DNA of 29,600 nt, from IMG/VR virus record IMGVR_UViG_3300017913_000395, positions 1-29,600 of that record, one strand, 5' to 3'. Below are positions 9,037-17,717 of this stretch, one piece after another; position 1 is the stretch's first letter; each line of letters starts with the position of its first letter. This stretch comes from a virus (taxonomy: Duplodnaviria > Caudoviricetes). Both the position numbers and the translations under genes were made by a program. Under the pieces are notes generated by a model, which saw nothing but the letters and a program-made list of their open reading frames with translations, ran no database searches and was not told the DNA's origin.

Positions 9037-10619
9037 TAGCGTTTATCTCCTACACCGAATGTAATCACAAAGCCCTGAATAGCGTGTGATGCTTGTGAGG
9101 CTGTGGTCACAAATCTAAGTGACACTGACCTACCTGACCCTGACACGTACTTGCGAAGAACTGGTGTACCTGTTCCGTCAAACTGTGCACTGCTGCCGTA
9201 TTGAGACTGTCCAAATGTCGCGGCAACGCCAGGGTCATTGATTTCAAAGTTAGCTGGGTTGAACGAATTAGTATCTTCGTAGTCATACAGAAGAGAGAAA
9301 GTAATATCTGTAGCTTCTGTTGTATCTAGGAACAATGAGATTAGATGCAGGTTCTTCCGCATCTCTGTATCCCCAAAGTCCAAGAATGGGGTTTGAAACA
9401 CTGAGACAATAGCTTCACCGTCTAGTGTCTCTCCTTCATCGTGATCAAAAACCTTACCGTTCTCATCACCATGAACAATCGTTTCAGTTTTACCTAAGTA
9501 TCCGCTGTCGGCTGCTGTAACGGCATGACCAAACAAAGTACCAAACTCATAGCCAATGCCACCACCCTGTGGGTTTTCTCGTAAGCCGCCGATAATCCCT
9601 GAGTTAGTATCCTTGTCAAAGAAGTATCTAAACTGAGACTTGCCTCTGATAACAACGCTAGAAAACTCTTCCAGAGTAAAGTCGTTGATGTAGCTTTTAA
9701 TCAGTGACTGAATACGCTTAGAGATTGTTTCAAGCTGAACGTCACCAATCTTATCTGTACCAGCAATAGGGCGAATACCGTCAGGCCCAAGAAACAGAAG
9801 GCTACCACCTATCTCAATGACACTGTCGCCAGCTACACAGCCCAGGTCATCTGTTACTGGCTCTACCACAAAGTTGCTGGTTGAGCTGCCTGTCAGCTTC
9901 TTGATGTTTGTAATGCCAAAGATATACAGAGCATCACGAAACGGTTTGATAGCTGTGATAGGGAAGCCTACGTTGATAACACCGCCGCCACTGGCTGTCG
10001 TAAAGTCTGTGTCATCATTTGAAGCTGAGTAATACAGCTTAGACTCGTTGTCTTTGTTTCCTGCTAGAAACAGCCTATTCTTAAATGCTGCTGCATACTT
10101 AGGCTTTGTCGGGGCAGGGGATGTGCTTATCTCTTCGTATGTAGCTGTACCTGCGCTGTCTACGTGATAGCGGAATGCATAGTCATCCCCATCACATCCA
10201 ACCATTGTCGCGCCGGTCCAGTTGTATTTAGTAAACCTAATCTTCTTTACAGTAGAAGGTAGGATGCGACTTACCGTATTGATGCAATCCCAGCTATCTG
10301 TTGTGTCGTTCCACTTATACAGAAAGTTGCCATCGTCTGCTGCATCGTAATCTGTATCACCGCTCTCGTGATAGCGTCTAGCACCTACAATACCAATGCC
10401 ATCTAAGACTGCCAGACCAAGAACACTTCCCTTACCCTCAATCGTACCATAGTTATGGGTAAATCCATTGATACGCTGATAGCCACCCTTCAGTGATGGC
10501 TCGTAGTTAAGAAGACGAATAGCACTACCTGGTGCTTGTACTGACTGGGTCAGTGCATCGTTATTAGTGTCCAGACCGCCTCTACACGATACTTTGTATA
10601 CTTGTAGTTTGTCTGCCAT
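9036..10619 (-). CDS. Tail nozzle / tail tubular protein B-like
   Basis: GGL start motif and beta-propeller-like repeats (FKNRLFLAG, LYYS, ITAIKPFRDALYIFG); lies after the adaptor gene. Confidence 0.75.
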   Translation of the reverse strand: MADKLQVYKVSCRGGLDTNNDALTQSVQAPGSAIRLLNYEPSLKGGYQRINGFTHNYGTIEGKGSVLGLAVLDGIGIVGARRYHESGDTDYDAADDGNFLYKWNDTTDSWDCINTVSRILPSTVKKIRFTKYNWTGATMVGCDGDDYAFRYHVDSAGTATYEEISTSPAPTKPKYAAAFKNRLFLAGNKDNESKLYYSASNDDTDFTTASGGGVINVGFPITAIKPFRDALYIFGITNIKKLTGSSTSNFVVEPVTDDLGCVAGDSVIEIGGSLLFLGPDGIRPIAGTDKIGDVQLETISKRIQSLIKSYINDFTLEEFSSVVIRGKSQFRYFFDKDTNSGIIGGLRENPQGGGIGYEFGTLFGHAVTAADSGYLGKTETIVHGDENGKVFDHDEGETLDGEAIVSVFQTPFLDFGDTEMRKNLHLISLFLDTTEATDITFSLLYDYEDTNSFNPANFEINDPGVAATFGQSQYGSSAQFDGTGTPVLRKYVSGSGRSVSLRFVTTASQASHAIQGFVITFGVGDKR

Positions 10620-11329
10620 CAGAGGTTCACTGCATATGTGCTGTTTCTGCTGATTACGGTAGAGGTGACTGATGCAACTGGCTGCTGCAGAAGTCTACGC
10701 ATATTGTCTATGCCTTCCTCAAACTTCTTCTCATGCATAGCAGCAGATTGTTCGTTTGATCTGAACCGCATTAAGAACACCATAGCACCTTCAATGATTA
10801 CGTGCTTGAAGCGGTCAGGGATAACAGGAGTGTCTGTTGAGGCACTCAGGTCTGCAGGAAATGACCAGTACTTAAACTCAATCTCGTATGCTTTGTCTGG
10901 TGTAGGTGTAACACCAAACTTATCTTGTTGAGTTTTGTAGATGTAGTCTGGCTCTGCATAGTCAGAGGCTGTACGTTGATCGTCAGCAGCTCTGTAGTAT
11001 CTTAGGTAATTATCATGGTCTAAAACGCCAAGAGCACCGCCTGTGGTTGACAGAGAGGTGCTTGGTTTTAGGTAAAAACTTTCGTAGTCAATAACAGATA
11101 AGTCAGACGGGAAGTTATATTCATTCTGACCTACGACTAATGTCTGCGTATAAACACTAATGGTGAAAGGCCATTGCTGTGCTGACTGTAGTATATGTCG
11201 TATAGAATTATTTACAGCGTCTTTAGCCAACGCCTGGATGTTACGTGTGGTGTTGAAATCACTTACGTCAATAGGCACTTCGTTTATTCTACGAAGAACC
11301 TCATTAGTCATATCAATGAAAGTCGCCAT
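10619..11329 (-). CDS. Head-tail adaptor / tail tubular protein A-like
   Basis: Directly after the capsid gene; N.VL..INE start, W.F, PTPD..Y.I...Y and IP..F..VI..GA motifs. Confidence 0.75.
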   Translation of the reverse strand: MATFIDMTNEVLRRINEVPIDVSDFNTTRNIQALAKDAVNNSIRHILQSAQQWPFTISVYTQTLVVGQNEYNFPSDLSVIDYESFYLKPSTSLSTTGGALGVLDHDNYLRYYRAADDQRTASDYAEPDYIYKTQQDKFGVTPTPDKAYEIEFKYWSFPADLSASTDTPVIPDRFKHVIIEGAMVFLMRFRSNEQSAAMHEKKFEEGIDNMRRLLQQPVASVTSTVISRNSTYAVNL

Positions 11330-11342
11330 ACCTTACACCCAT

Positions 11343-11376
11343 AAAAATGGGAAGAGCAGCGTGAACTGCTCTCCCC
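11343..11376 (-). terminator. Rho-independent terminator after capsid gene
   Basis: Minus strand GGGGAGAGCAG-TTCACG-CTGCTCTTCCC-ATTTTT, just after the capsid stop. Confidence 0.85.
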
Positions 11377-11382
11377 TTAGTA

Positions 11383-12459
11383 TTATTCACCGAGGTTATA
11401 GTTAGCTGTAACCAGGGCTTCTGGACGCAGAATCTTTGTGCCGTACATATGCAAGCCACGTACGATGTCAGCAAATGAATCTGGGTCACGGTATGTTTCT
11501 GTCTTGTTGATCTGCTGTGCAGTAGCTGCAGCAGAATCATGACCAGCAACAATCACACCGAAGTTAGTTTCAGAACCTGAAGCAGCAACTGTGCCTGGGC
11601 CTGTACCAACTGTTGGCAGGTTGTTTGAAACGTAGATGCGGAAGCCACGCAGCATACCAGACATACGTCCGTTACGCAGCATATCACCTGCATCCTGAGC
11701 ACCAGCGAAGTCGTTGTTGATCAGCTTTGAACCTGAGTTCATCAGCTTTTCAACGAAGACTGGGTCTACTACCAGCCAACGACCATCTGTAGGTACGTTG
11801 CCTGAATCCAGCAGACGCTTCATGCGGTTTACCAGTTCCAGTGGGTCAGTCTTACCTGATGCACCTGAACCAGTTGTCAGCGGGATTGATGTTACTTCTG
11901 ATGCAACACCCAGGTCTGAACCACCGAAGTCGGTGATGTCCAGCTTGTTAGCTGCCAGGAGTTCATCTGAACCTGCTGAGCTGTCGGCCTTTGTGCCGCG
12001 CACTGTTGTGCTACGTGCGTTTGAGCCGTCAAAACCACACAGGTACTGCAGTACGTCTGTGTCGTAGCTGTCACGGATTTTGTAAGCTGCACGGTCTGTT
12101 GCCAGTTCCATGAAGTTTACGTGTGTGATAGCGTCTTCCAGGTCATCCAGCTTGAATGAGAAGTAGTTCGCCATGTCAATGATCATGGTGAAGTCTGCAT
12201 CAGTCAGAGCCTGTTGTGAAATGTCTGTACCACGGGTATAGGCATTCACTGTGATGTCTGGTTCTTTGATGATCCGTACTGAATCACCAATGTTTGAGAT
12301 TTCGCCGAAGTAGTCATTGTTAGTAATGTCTTCGACAACTGAGGTCTTGCGGAATGCTACCTGTGCCTTCTTGCTGAAAATGATTGGCGAGAAGTTTGCA
12401 TTGGTAAACTGACCCGTAAGACCAGAGGTGGTGGAGGCAATTTTTGTACCTGCTGCCAT
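11383..12459 (-). CDS. Major capsid protein
   Basis: Start moved to ATG 12459 (GGGAG RBS). GDSVRI, VPTDGRWLVVDP, G...GF.IYVSNNLP, F.DIVRGLHMYG.K.LRPEAL motifs of HK97-fold podovirus capsids. Confidence 0.92.
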   Translation of the reverse strand: MAAGTKIASTTSGLTGQFTNANFSPIIFSKKAQVAFRKTSVVEDITNNDYFGEISNIGDSVRIIKEPDITVNAYTRGTDISQQALTDADFTMIIDMANYFSFKLDDLEDAITHVNFMELATDRAAYKIRDSYDTDVLQYLCGFDGSNARSTTVRGTKADSSAGSDELLAANKLDITDFGGSDLGVASEVTSIPLTTGSGASGKTDPLELVNRMKRLLDSGNVPTDGRWLVVDPVFVEKLMNSGSKLINNDFAGAQDAGDMLRNGRMSGMLRGFRIYVSNNLPTVGTGPGTVAASGSETNFGVIVAGHDSAAATAQQINKTETYRDPDSFADIVRGLHMYGTKILRPEALVTANYNLGE

Positions 12460-12690
12460 TTTAGTCTCCCTAGAAGGATTAGTTACACGAAAGGGCAGCG
12501 CAACCGTTGCACTGTCCTGCAAGAATTTCCCATCATGTTCAGAGGTCTGTGTTAGTCAGGTTACCTTTGCGCTAGGGGCTGACCTTATCAGAGTGTTCTA
12601 AAGTAGTCGGGCTTCTTAGTGATTTTCATGAAAATCCGTAGCCACTGATGTGGGGGGAAAGTAGGGGCATATAAAACGCCCCTAAGTTAT
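12460..12690 (-). ncRNA. Structured 5' leader of the capsid gene (candidate cis-regulatory RNA)
   Basis: About 230 nt between promoter and start, with several stems; three contain an NNAC/CC internal loop. Confidence 0.55.
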
Positions 12691-12695
12691 GTATA

Positions 12696-12724
12696 GTTAT
12701 ATACCATACATATATGTTTGTCAA
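12696..12724 (-). promoter_or_regulatory. Sigma70-type promoter for the capsid gene
   Basis: TTGACA-17 nt-TATAAC on the minus strand. Confidence 0.8.
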
Positions 12725-12733
12725 TAGTATTTT

Positions 12734-13609
12734 TTAACTACCTGACACATCGTAGATAAATCTGCCTTCTTCCATAGCCAGGGCAATCTCGTCACTCAGT
12801 TTTTCGTACTGACGTGCGGACATTGCAGCTACTTCAGATTCGCGGATTGTACCTTTTTCTTTTGGTACTTGCGTATTAGAACGTACAGACACATCACGTG
12901 CAGCATCCTCTGCTGCTGGACGGCCTTTCTTTTTACCGCTCTTAGTCAAGCCCATATCTGCTTTGTACAAATCTATAGCACGGGCTGCAGACTTTGCATC
13001 GTTGTCGTTTTCGTACAATGCTTGCTGTACCCAGCGTGGCTGCAGCTCTGCCCAGTCATGAAATGCATCATCGTCTCTGATGTTCTCAAAGTCTGGGTGG
13101 ATTGCCAGAAGTTCAGCTTCTGCTTTATCGCGCTTCGCTTCTGTCTGCAGCTCATCAATCTGCTTCATTCGTTCTTCCAGATGAGACTGCTGCTCTTTTG
13201 CTTTCTTCGCTGCAATCGTTTCTACGATAGCTGCTACATCTGGATATTCTTTTGCCCACTCATCAATCTCTGCTTCAGACTTAGGAAGCTGCATTGACTG
13301 CTTGGACACTTCAGATAGCTGCTGTTTCAGCTCTTCTATCTGTTTATCAAACTCTGCTTTTTGCTTTTGAGAATGTCTACGAAGATCACCGTAACGCTTT
13401 TTGAAGGTTCTTTCTTCAGCCGTCAGGTTCGCATCGTGCTCTTGAATAGCTTGCTCTGCCTGTTCGTGCTCTGAATCAGCCTCTTCATTAATTTGCGCTT
13501 CAAGCTCTTGTATTTCTCTTTCATCATCCTCAATGCTTTTCGGATTGCGATACATCATAGGACGTATCTTTACTTTCTTTTCTTCTTTGATTGCGATTGG
13601 CTCTGCCAT
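12734..13609 (-). CDS. Capsid scaffolding protein
   Basis: Immediately upstream of the capsid gene; acidic coiled coil with FKKRYGDLRRH, HPDF..I...F..W and AIDLYK motifs; C-terminal I..AM.EGR. Confidence 0.8.
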   Translation of the reverse strand: MAEPIAIKEEKKVKIRPMMYRNPKSIEDDEREIQELEAQINEEADSEHEQAEQAIQEHDANLTAEERTFKKRYGDLRRHSQKQKAEFDKQIEELKQQLSEVSKQSMQLPKSEAEIDEWAKEYPDVAAIVETIAAKKAKEQQSHLEERMKQIDELQTEAKRDKAEAELLAIHPDFENIRDDDAFHDWAELQPRWVQQALYENDNDAKSAARAIDLYKADMGLTKSGKKKGRPAAEDAARDVSVRSNTQVPKEKGTIRESEVAAMSARQYEKLSDEIALAMEEGRFIYDVSGS

Positions 13610-13621
13610 TCGTCACTCCAT

Positions 13622-13667
13622 TAATTGGGGCTACCGTAGCCTGTGCAGGGGGATAGGTTGCCAATTA
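13622..13667 (-). promoter_or_regulatory. Hairpin with two NNAC/CC internal loops just upstream of the scaffold RBS
   Basis: TAATTGG[CAAC]CTATC[CC]CCTG-CA-CAGG[CTAC]GGTAG[CC]CCAATTA followed by ATGGAG RBS. Confidence 0.65.
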
Positions 13668-13676
13668 CAGGGTTTA

Positions 13677-15458
13677 TTATTTAGAAGCTAACCCTTTGCG
13701 CTTCTTCTTCTTACGAGAAGAAATCTTTTTCTTATTCAGCAGACCGCCTTTGGCAATCATAGTGTTGCCACCAAAATCATCATCCGATGGATTACTCCAA
13801 TCTACGCCGCCGCCTGAGTCATTGTTGTCATCATCGCCGCCATTCCAATCTTGCCAGCTACCACCTTCCAGATCATCAAAGTCGTCATCGACTGTACGAC
13901 CTGCTCCAAAGGTAGATGAAAGGTCTACGCCTTTCACACCCGAATAATCATCATCATCTTCCTGTTGCTGATTTGCAGCGTTGTTAAACCTTAGACCAGC
14001 AACAATTCCACCTGGATTGTTTGTGGCAGATGATTGAGTAGAGGTAGTTGGGGTAGTGACTTCTGAAGTTACTTTACCTTGCTTAGCAGCCTCAACCTGC
14101 CCCTTCATACCTGTATTTTTACCTGTTACAGCATCAATGAATGCGGTAAGTTCTGTAAACTTGTTGCTGTCTAAGCCTGTAGCTGTACCAAGTGCTGTGC
14201 CATATGCAGTGTTCTGCTTACCTGCCAAAGCCAAACCGATTGCAGCAAAGTCCTGTTTAGTAAACTGGTTAGATGGCTTACCTAAAATCTGAGCTATGTT
14301 TCCTTCAAGCTCACCTACATTATTCTTGCCGGTGATAGCATCCATAATAGCACCACCTACACCACCGCCAGTGATGAAGTCAGCAAGACCTTTTACGCCA
14401 CCGCCCTGTCTATTTTGATTTACAAAGTCTTGACCGGCTTTTTGTAGCTCAGCTCTTTCAACAAGTGCTTTGTGTACTTCGTTGCCTTTAGCTGGGTCTG
14501 TAGGACTACCTGTAGACAGAATACCTGTCTGACGCTCTTTGTTTCCAAGCGGATTTGCGAAAGCGTCCTTAATATTATTTGCTATACCGCCTTTGCCACT
14601 TCCAAGCTGCAGATTAGCCGCTTCCTCAGCAGACAGTGTAACTTCCCCGTACTGCGAGTTCTTCAGCGTTACACCACCATCCAAGTTGCGTTCCATACCC
14701 CAGCGTGTGCCGCCTTCGATAGTTCCGTCCTTGACGTTGTGATAGCCACCTGTAGTAACAACCGCACCTAATCCACCATCTTCTGGCTTCATTGGTGGGT
14801 CATCATCGTTGTTATTGTCAGGCTGACGCTGTGGACGCTGTGGTCTTTGCGGCTGCTGCTGTTGTGGTGCGGCAGCTTCTTCTTCTGTTCTACCTACAGG
14901 ATTACCGTCTTCAGTAACTACATCACCACGGCTAAAGCCTTCAGGTACTTCGTTAGTGGGTACACCATCTACTTCTACAACCAGTATTTTTCTGCCATTC
15001 TCGTTGACATATTCAACAATGTCATAGCCTGTCTGTTCAGGTGTACCACCCTGAAAGCCCATGAGCTGTTCAAAGGTCTTGTAGTTCTTGTTTACAGAAC
15101 CACCCTGGTTCATCTCCAATACAAGAGCTGCCTGTGGTATTTCCATCTCTGGAATGTCAAAATAAGAAGCAGGTGGCTCACCCTCAATGGTAGCCTCTTC
15201 TGCATTACTCATCTGACCCATCTTATCCATACGCATCAAGCCTTCCTTAGCTTGCTGACGCATCATCATGAGTTTCTCAAGGCCGATATAGCGTACTACA
15301 TCAGCGGGGAATACAAACTCGCCTTCACTAAGCTGGGCTGGAATGTCATCCCGTACCTCTTCAGCCAAAGCACCAGGTGGTACTTCGTTTCCAGATACAG
15401 GGTCAACAGAGCCGCCTTCTTCTTTCAGGCCACCGTCATTATATTCCATCATCTGCAT
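13677..15458 (-). CDS. Putative internal virion/ejection protein
   Basis: Lies between portal and scaffold; N-terminal DDIPAQLSEGEFVFPADVVR domain, low-complexity Gly/Asp/Gln body, basic tail. Exact start among three Met codons is uncertain. Confidence 0.55.
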   Translation of the reverse strand: MQMMEYNDGGLKEEGGSVDPVSGNEVPPGALAEEVRDDIPAQLSEGEFVFPADVVRYIGLEKLMMMRQQAKEGLMRMDKMGQMSNAEEATIEGEPPASYFDIPEMEIPQAALVLEMNQGGSVNKNYKTFEQLMGFQGGTPEQTGYDIVEYVNENGRKILVVEVDGVPTNEVPEGFSRGDVVTEDGNPVGRTEEEAAAPQQQQPQRPQRPQRQPDNNNDDDPPMKPEDGGLGAVVTTGGYHNVKDGTIEGGTRWGMERNLDGGVTLKNSQYGEVTLSAEEAANLQLGSGKGGIANNIKDAFANPLGNKERQTGILSTGSPTDPAKGNEVHKALVERAELQKAGQDFVNQNRQGGGVKGLADFITGGGVGGAIMDAITGKNNVGELEGNIAQILGKPSNQFTKQDFAAIGLALAGKQNTAYGTALGTATGLDSNKFTELTAFIDAVTGKNTGMKGQVEAAKQGKVTSEVTTPTTSTQSSATNNPGGIVAGLRFNNAANQQQEDDDDYSGVKGVDLSSTFGAGRTVDDDFDDLEGGSWQDWNGGDDDNNDSGGGVDWSNPSDDDFGGNTMIAKGGLLNKKKISSRKKKKRKGLASK

Positions 15459-15660
15459 TTACCTCTTCTCTCAGCAGCTTTAGCCGCCGCAGTGCATTGA
15501 TTGAACCTTGAGTGCGATATATGAGCGTAGGGTCTTCCTGCTGCTCTAATGTTCTGTGATGCTGTTCTATTACTTCGTCTAAGTAATTATTGAACGACTG
15601 CCATTGGCGGCTGTTGTTGACCAGCGTCTTGAGGCTGCTGAGCACCTTGCGTTCCGTCAT
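15439..15660 (-). CDS. Small helical protein following portal
   Basis: LEQ..D...IYR.QG.I.ALR.L pattern; overlaps the portal 3' end and the next start. Confidence 0.65.
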   Translation of the reverse strand: MTERKVLSSLKTLVNNSRQWQSFNNYLDEVIEQHHRTLEQQEDPTLIYRTQGSINALRRLKLLREEVNADDGI

Positions 15661-17707
15661 TTCCTGTAAATCCTGGCTCTGCTGGGGCAGGGGCTACACC
15701 AGTACCTATAGTACCGCCACCTACACCCGATGGGTCTTGTACATCTGCACCTGCCGGTGCGCCTTGTTGTGCTTGCTGTGTAAGCCCACCAGCTTGTGCG
15801 ATCAGTGCAGCCTGTCGCTGTGCCTCTTCTACGTTGTTAGTCACCTTGTCTGGGTCTAGCTCAAGTGACTTAGCAATCTCTCTAATGATGTAAGAAGTCT
15901 TAGAGAATGGTGCTAGCATTGGGTTGCTAGTAATCTGCAGGAACTGCATCAGTCTCTGACTGCGTACCTCATTAGCCATCAGGCTTTCTGTGCCTCTAGC
16001 TTTGACTTCTAAGTCGCCCTTAATCTCTGGGTCAAAGTCAAACTGCATATTGAACTGAAACAAGCCTTCACCCAGAGGACGCAGCAGGTAGTCATCGATG
16101 TTCTTGATGACAGTCTTGATGCTGCCGCTAGCTGCATTCATCAGCATAGAAATGCCAGAGGCTGTTCTGCCTACGCCTGACACACCAGTCTGACCGTGTG
16201 CAAATGATGGGAAGCCTGTGCTTTCATCTGCAAGCTGTCTAGCTTTGTCAAAGAGCTGCATATTCTCGCCAGCCACGTTCGGGAACTTTGTACCGAAGAT
16301 AGCTTGACCAGGCGCACCTGCTTGTCTGCGGAATACCTTGCCTGGGTAGATAGACATATCCTGACCAGGTACAAGATTAGTCTCATCAATCTCAATCAAC
16401 AGATTGCCTGACAAGACAGCGTTATCTACAGCCATACGCATAAACCCGTTCATCAGGGTTTGCGTATCTTCCATGTTTTCAGCCAAGCCCACACCGAAGA
16501 AGCTGTACGGGTTAATCTCGTATGGCACAGCCATGTACGGAATACGCATCGGCTTGAACGGGTTGATGACAAGTCTAATGAGCTTGTTATTACATACCCA
16601 AGCATTTGCGTGTACCTCATCCATGCCATCGAATTCTTCAGGTATATCCATACCTGCTTCTTCAAGGTCGGATACATCCATCACACCCCAGTACTCAAGA
16701 ACCTCAAAACGGTTCACGTCTGTGTACTGCTGGTAGTCTTTTAGTGTATCTTCCCAGTATTCACGGGTGAAGTTCTCACCTTGATCAATACACTCTTCAA
16801 TAGCTTCCTCACGAAAGTATGGACGCTTCTTCAGAGCACGAAGCTGTGAGCGGTTTAATCTGTGTCTTTCAAAACAATACTGTGCATCGTCTACACGAGT
16901 AGCGTCTGGGTCTGGGTAAAAGTCCCAGATAGATACGTGGCTAACCTGCGGAATGAGTTTGTAGATTGGATCATACTCACCCTCATCAGACCAGTTTGCA
17001 TATTCTTTATCTACAGCAAACGGGCCTTTCATAATCCCTGTACCAAACAGGGCCATCTCAAAGGCTGTACTACGAAGATGCTTGCTAGCCTTGCTTTCTT
17101 CAAGCTGGTCCTTAATCTTCTTTTCCATCTTCTTTGCAGCAACCATAGCTGGGTAGAAGGTAGCTGAAGTAGGTGTAGCACCCGTTCCTTCCTTCAGACC
17201 CTCAACGTCTTGAAGGTCTTCGGAGAACGGGCCTAATCTATCTACCAAAGATGCTAGTGTATCACCTGGCTGCAAATCATTACCATCGCCAGGGAAGCCG
17301 TATGGTGAGCTTGGTGGGGCAGGGGGTGTAGCCTGGTCAAAGTGAACAGCCTCTACAACCTTCTCAGGCAGCTCTGTAGGCTCAATAGAAATGGGGAAGG
17401 TATTATTCGCAAACAGTACATCAGTAATCTGACCGTATGCAGCCAGTACCTTTGTCTTAGTTACTTTGACAAAGACACGTGACTTCTCACTTTCAGTGAA
17501 CTGCATATCCTCAGAGTAAATGCCTCTGTAGTTTTGATATGACGTTAGCCAACGCTTTTCATCATAGTGCCGTGCATCTGATGCTTTGGTCCACTTGCTT
17601 GTAACCATATCAAGAATAGCACGTACAGATGGATCGCCTTCATCTTCCTGTTGATCGTCTAAGACCAGGGCTTCATCTGTTTCTGGAATAATCTCTTCTT
17701 CTGCCAT
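15587..17707 (-). CDS. Portal protein
   Basis: 706 aa after terL; FGTGI.KGP, WDFYPDP, VLEYWG, PY.FFG.G..E motifs; Gln/Gly-rich tail. Confidence 0.9.
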   Translation of the reverse strand: MAEEEIIPETDEALVLDDQQEDEGDPSVRAILDMVTSKWTKASDARHYDEKRWLTSYQNYRGIYSEDMQFTESEKSRVFVKVTKTKVLAAYGQITDVLFANNTFPISIEPTELPEKVVEAVHFDQATPPAPPSSPYGFPGDGNDLQPGDTLASLVDRLGPFSEDLQDVEGLKEGTGATPTSATFYPAMVAAKKMEKKIKDQLEESKASKHLRSTAFEMALFGTGIMKGPFAVDKEYANWSDEGEYDPIYKLIPQVSHVSIWDFYPDPDATRVDDAQYCFERHRLNRSQLRALKKRPYFREEAIEECIDQGENFTREYWEDTLKDYQQYTDVNRFEVLEYWGVMDVSDLEEAGMDIPEEFDGMDEVHANAWVCNNKLIRLVINPFKPMRIPYMAVPYEINPYSFFGVGLAENMEDTQTLMNGFMRMAVDNAVLSGNLLIEIDETNLVPGQDMSIYPGKVFRRQAGAPGQAIFGTKFPNVAGENMQLFDKARQLADESTGFPSFAHGQTGVSGVGRTASGISMLMNAASGSIKTVIKNIDDYLLRPLGEGLFQFNMQFDFDPEIKGDLEVKARGTESLMANEVRSQRLMQFLQITSNPMLAPFSKTSYIIREIAKSLELDPDKVTNNVEEAQRQAALIAQAGGLTQQAQQGAPAGADVQDPSGVGGGTIGTGVAPAPAEPGFTGNDGTQGAQQPQDAGQQQPPMAVVQ

Positions 17708-17717
17708 CTGTATATCC

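Noticed and set aside
12460-12522. Upstream extensions of ORFs (capsid 12522, 22651, 24077, 25521, 27809)
   Set aside because: Downstream ATGs have proper RBSs; the extensions overlap leaders or other genes.
14823-14870. QRP/poly-Q microrepeat in the 593-aa protein
   Set aside because: Ordinary low-complexity linker.
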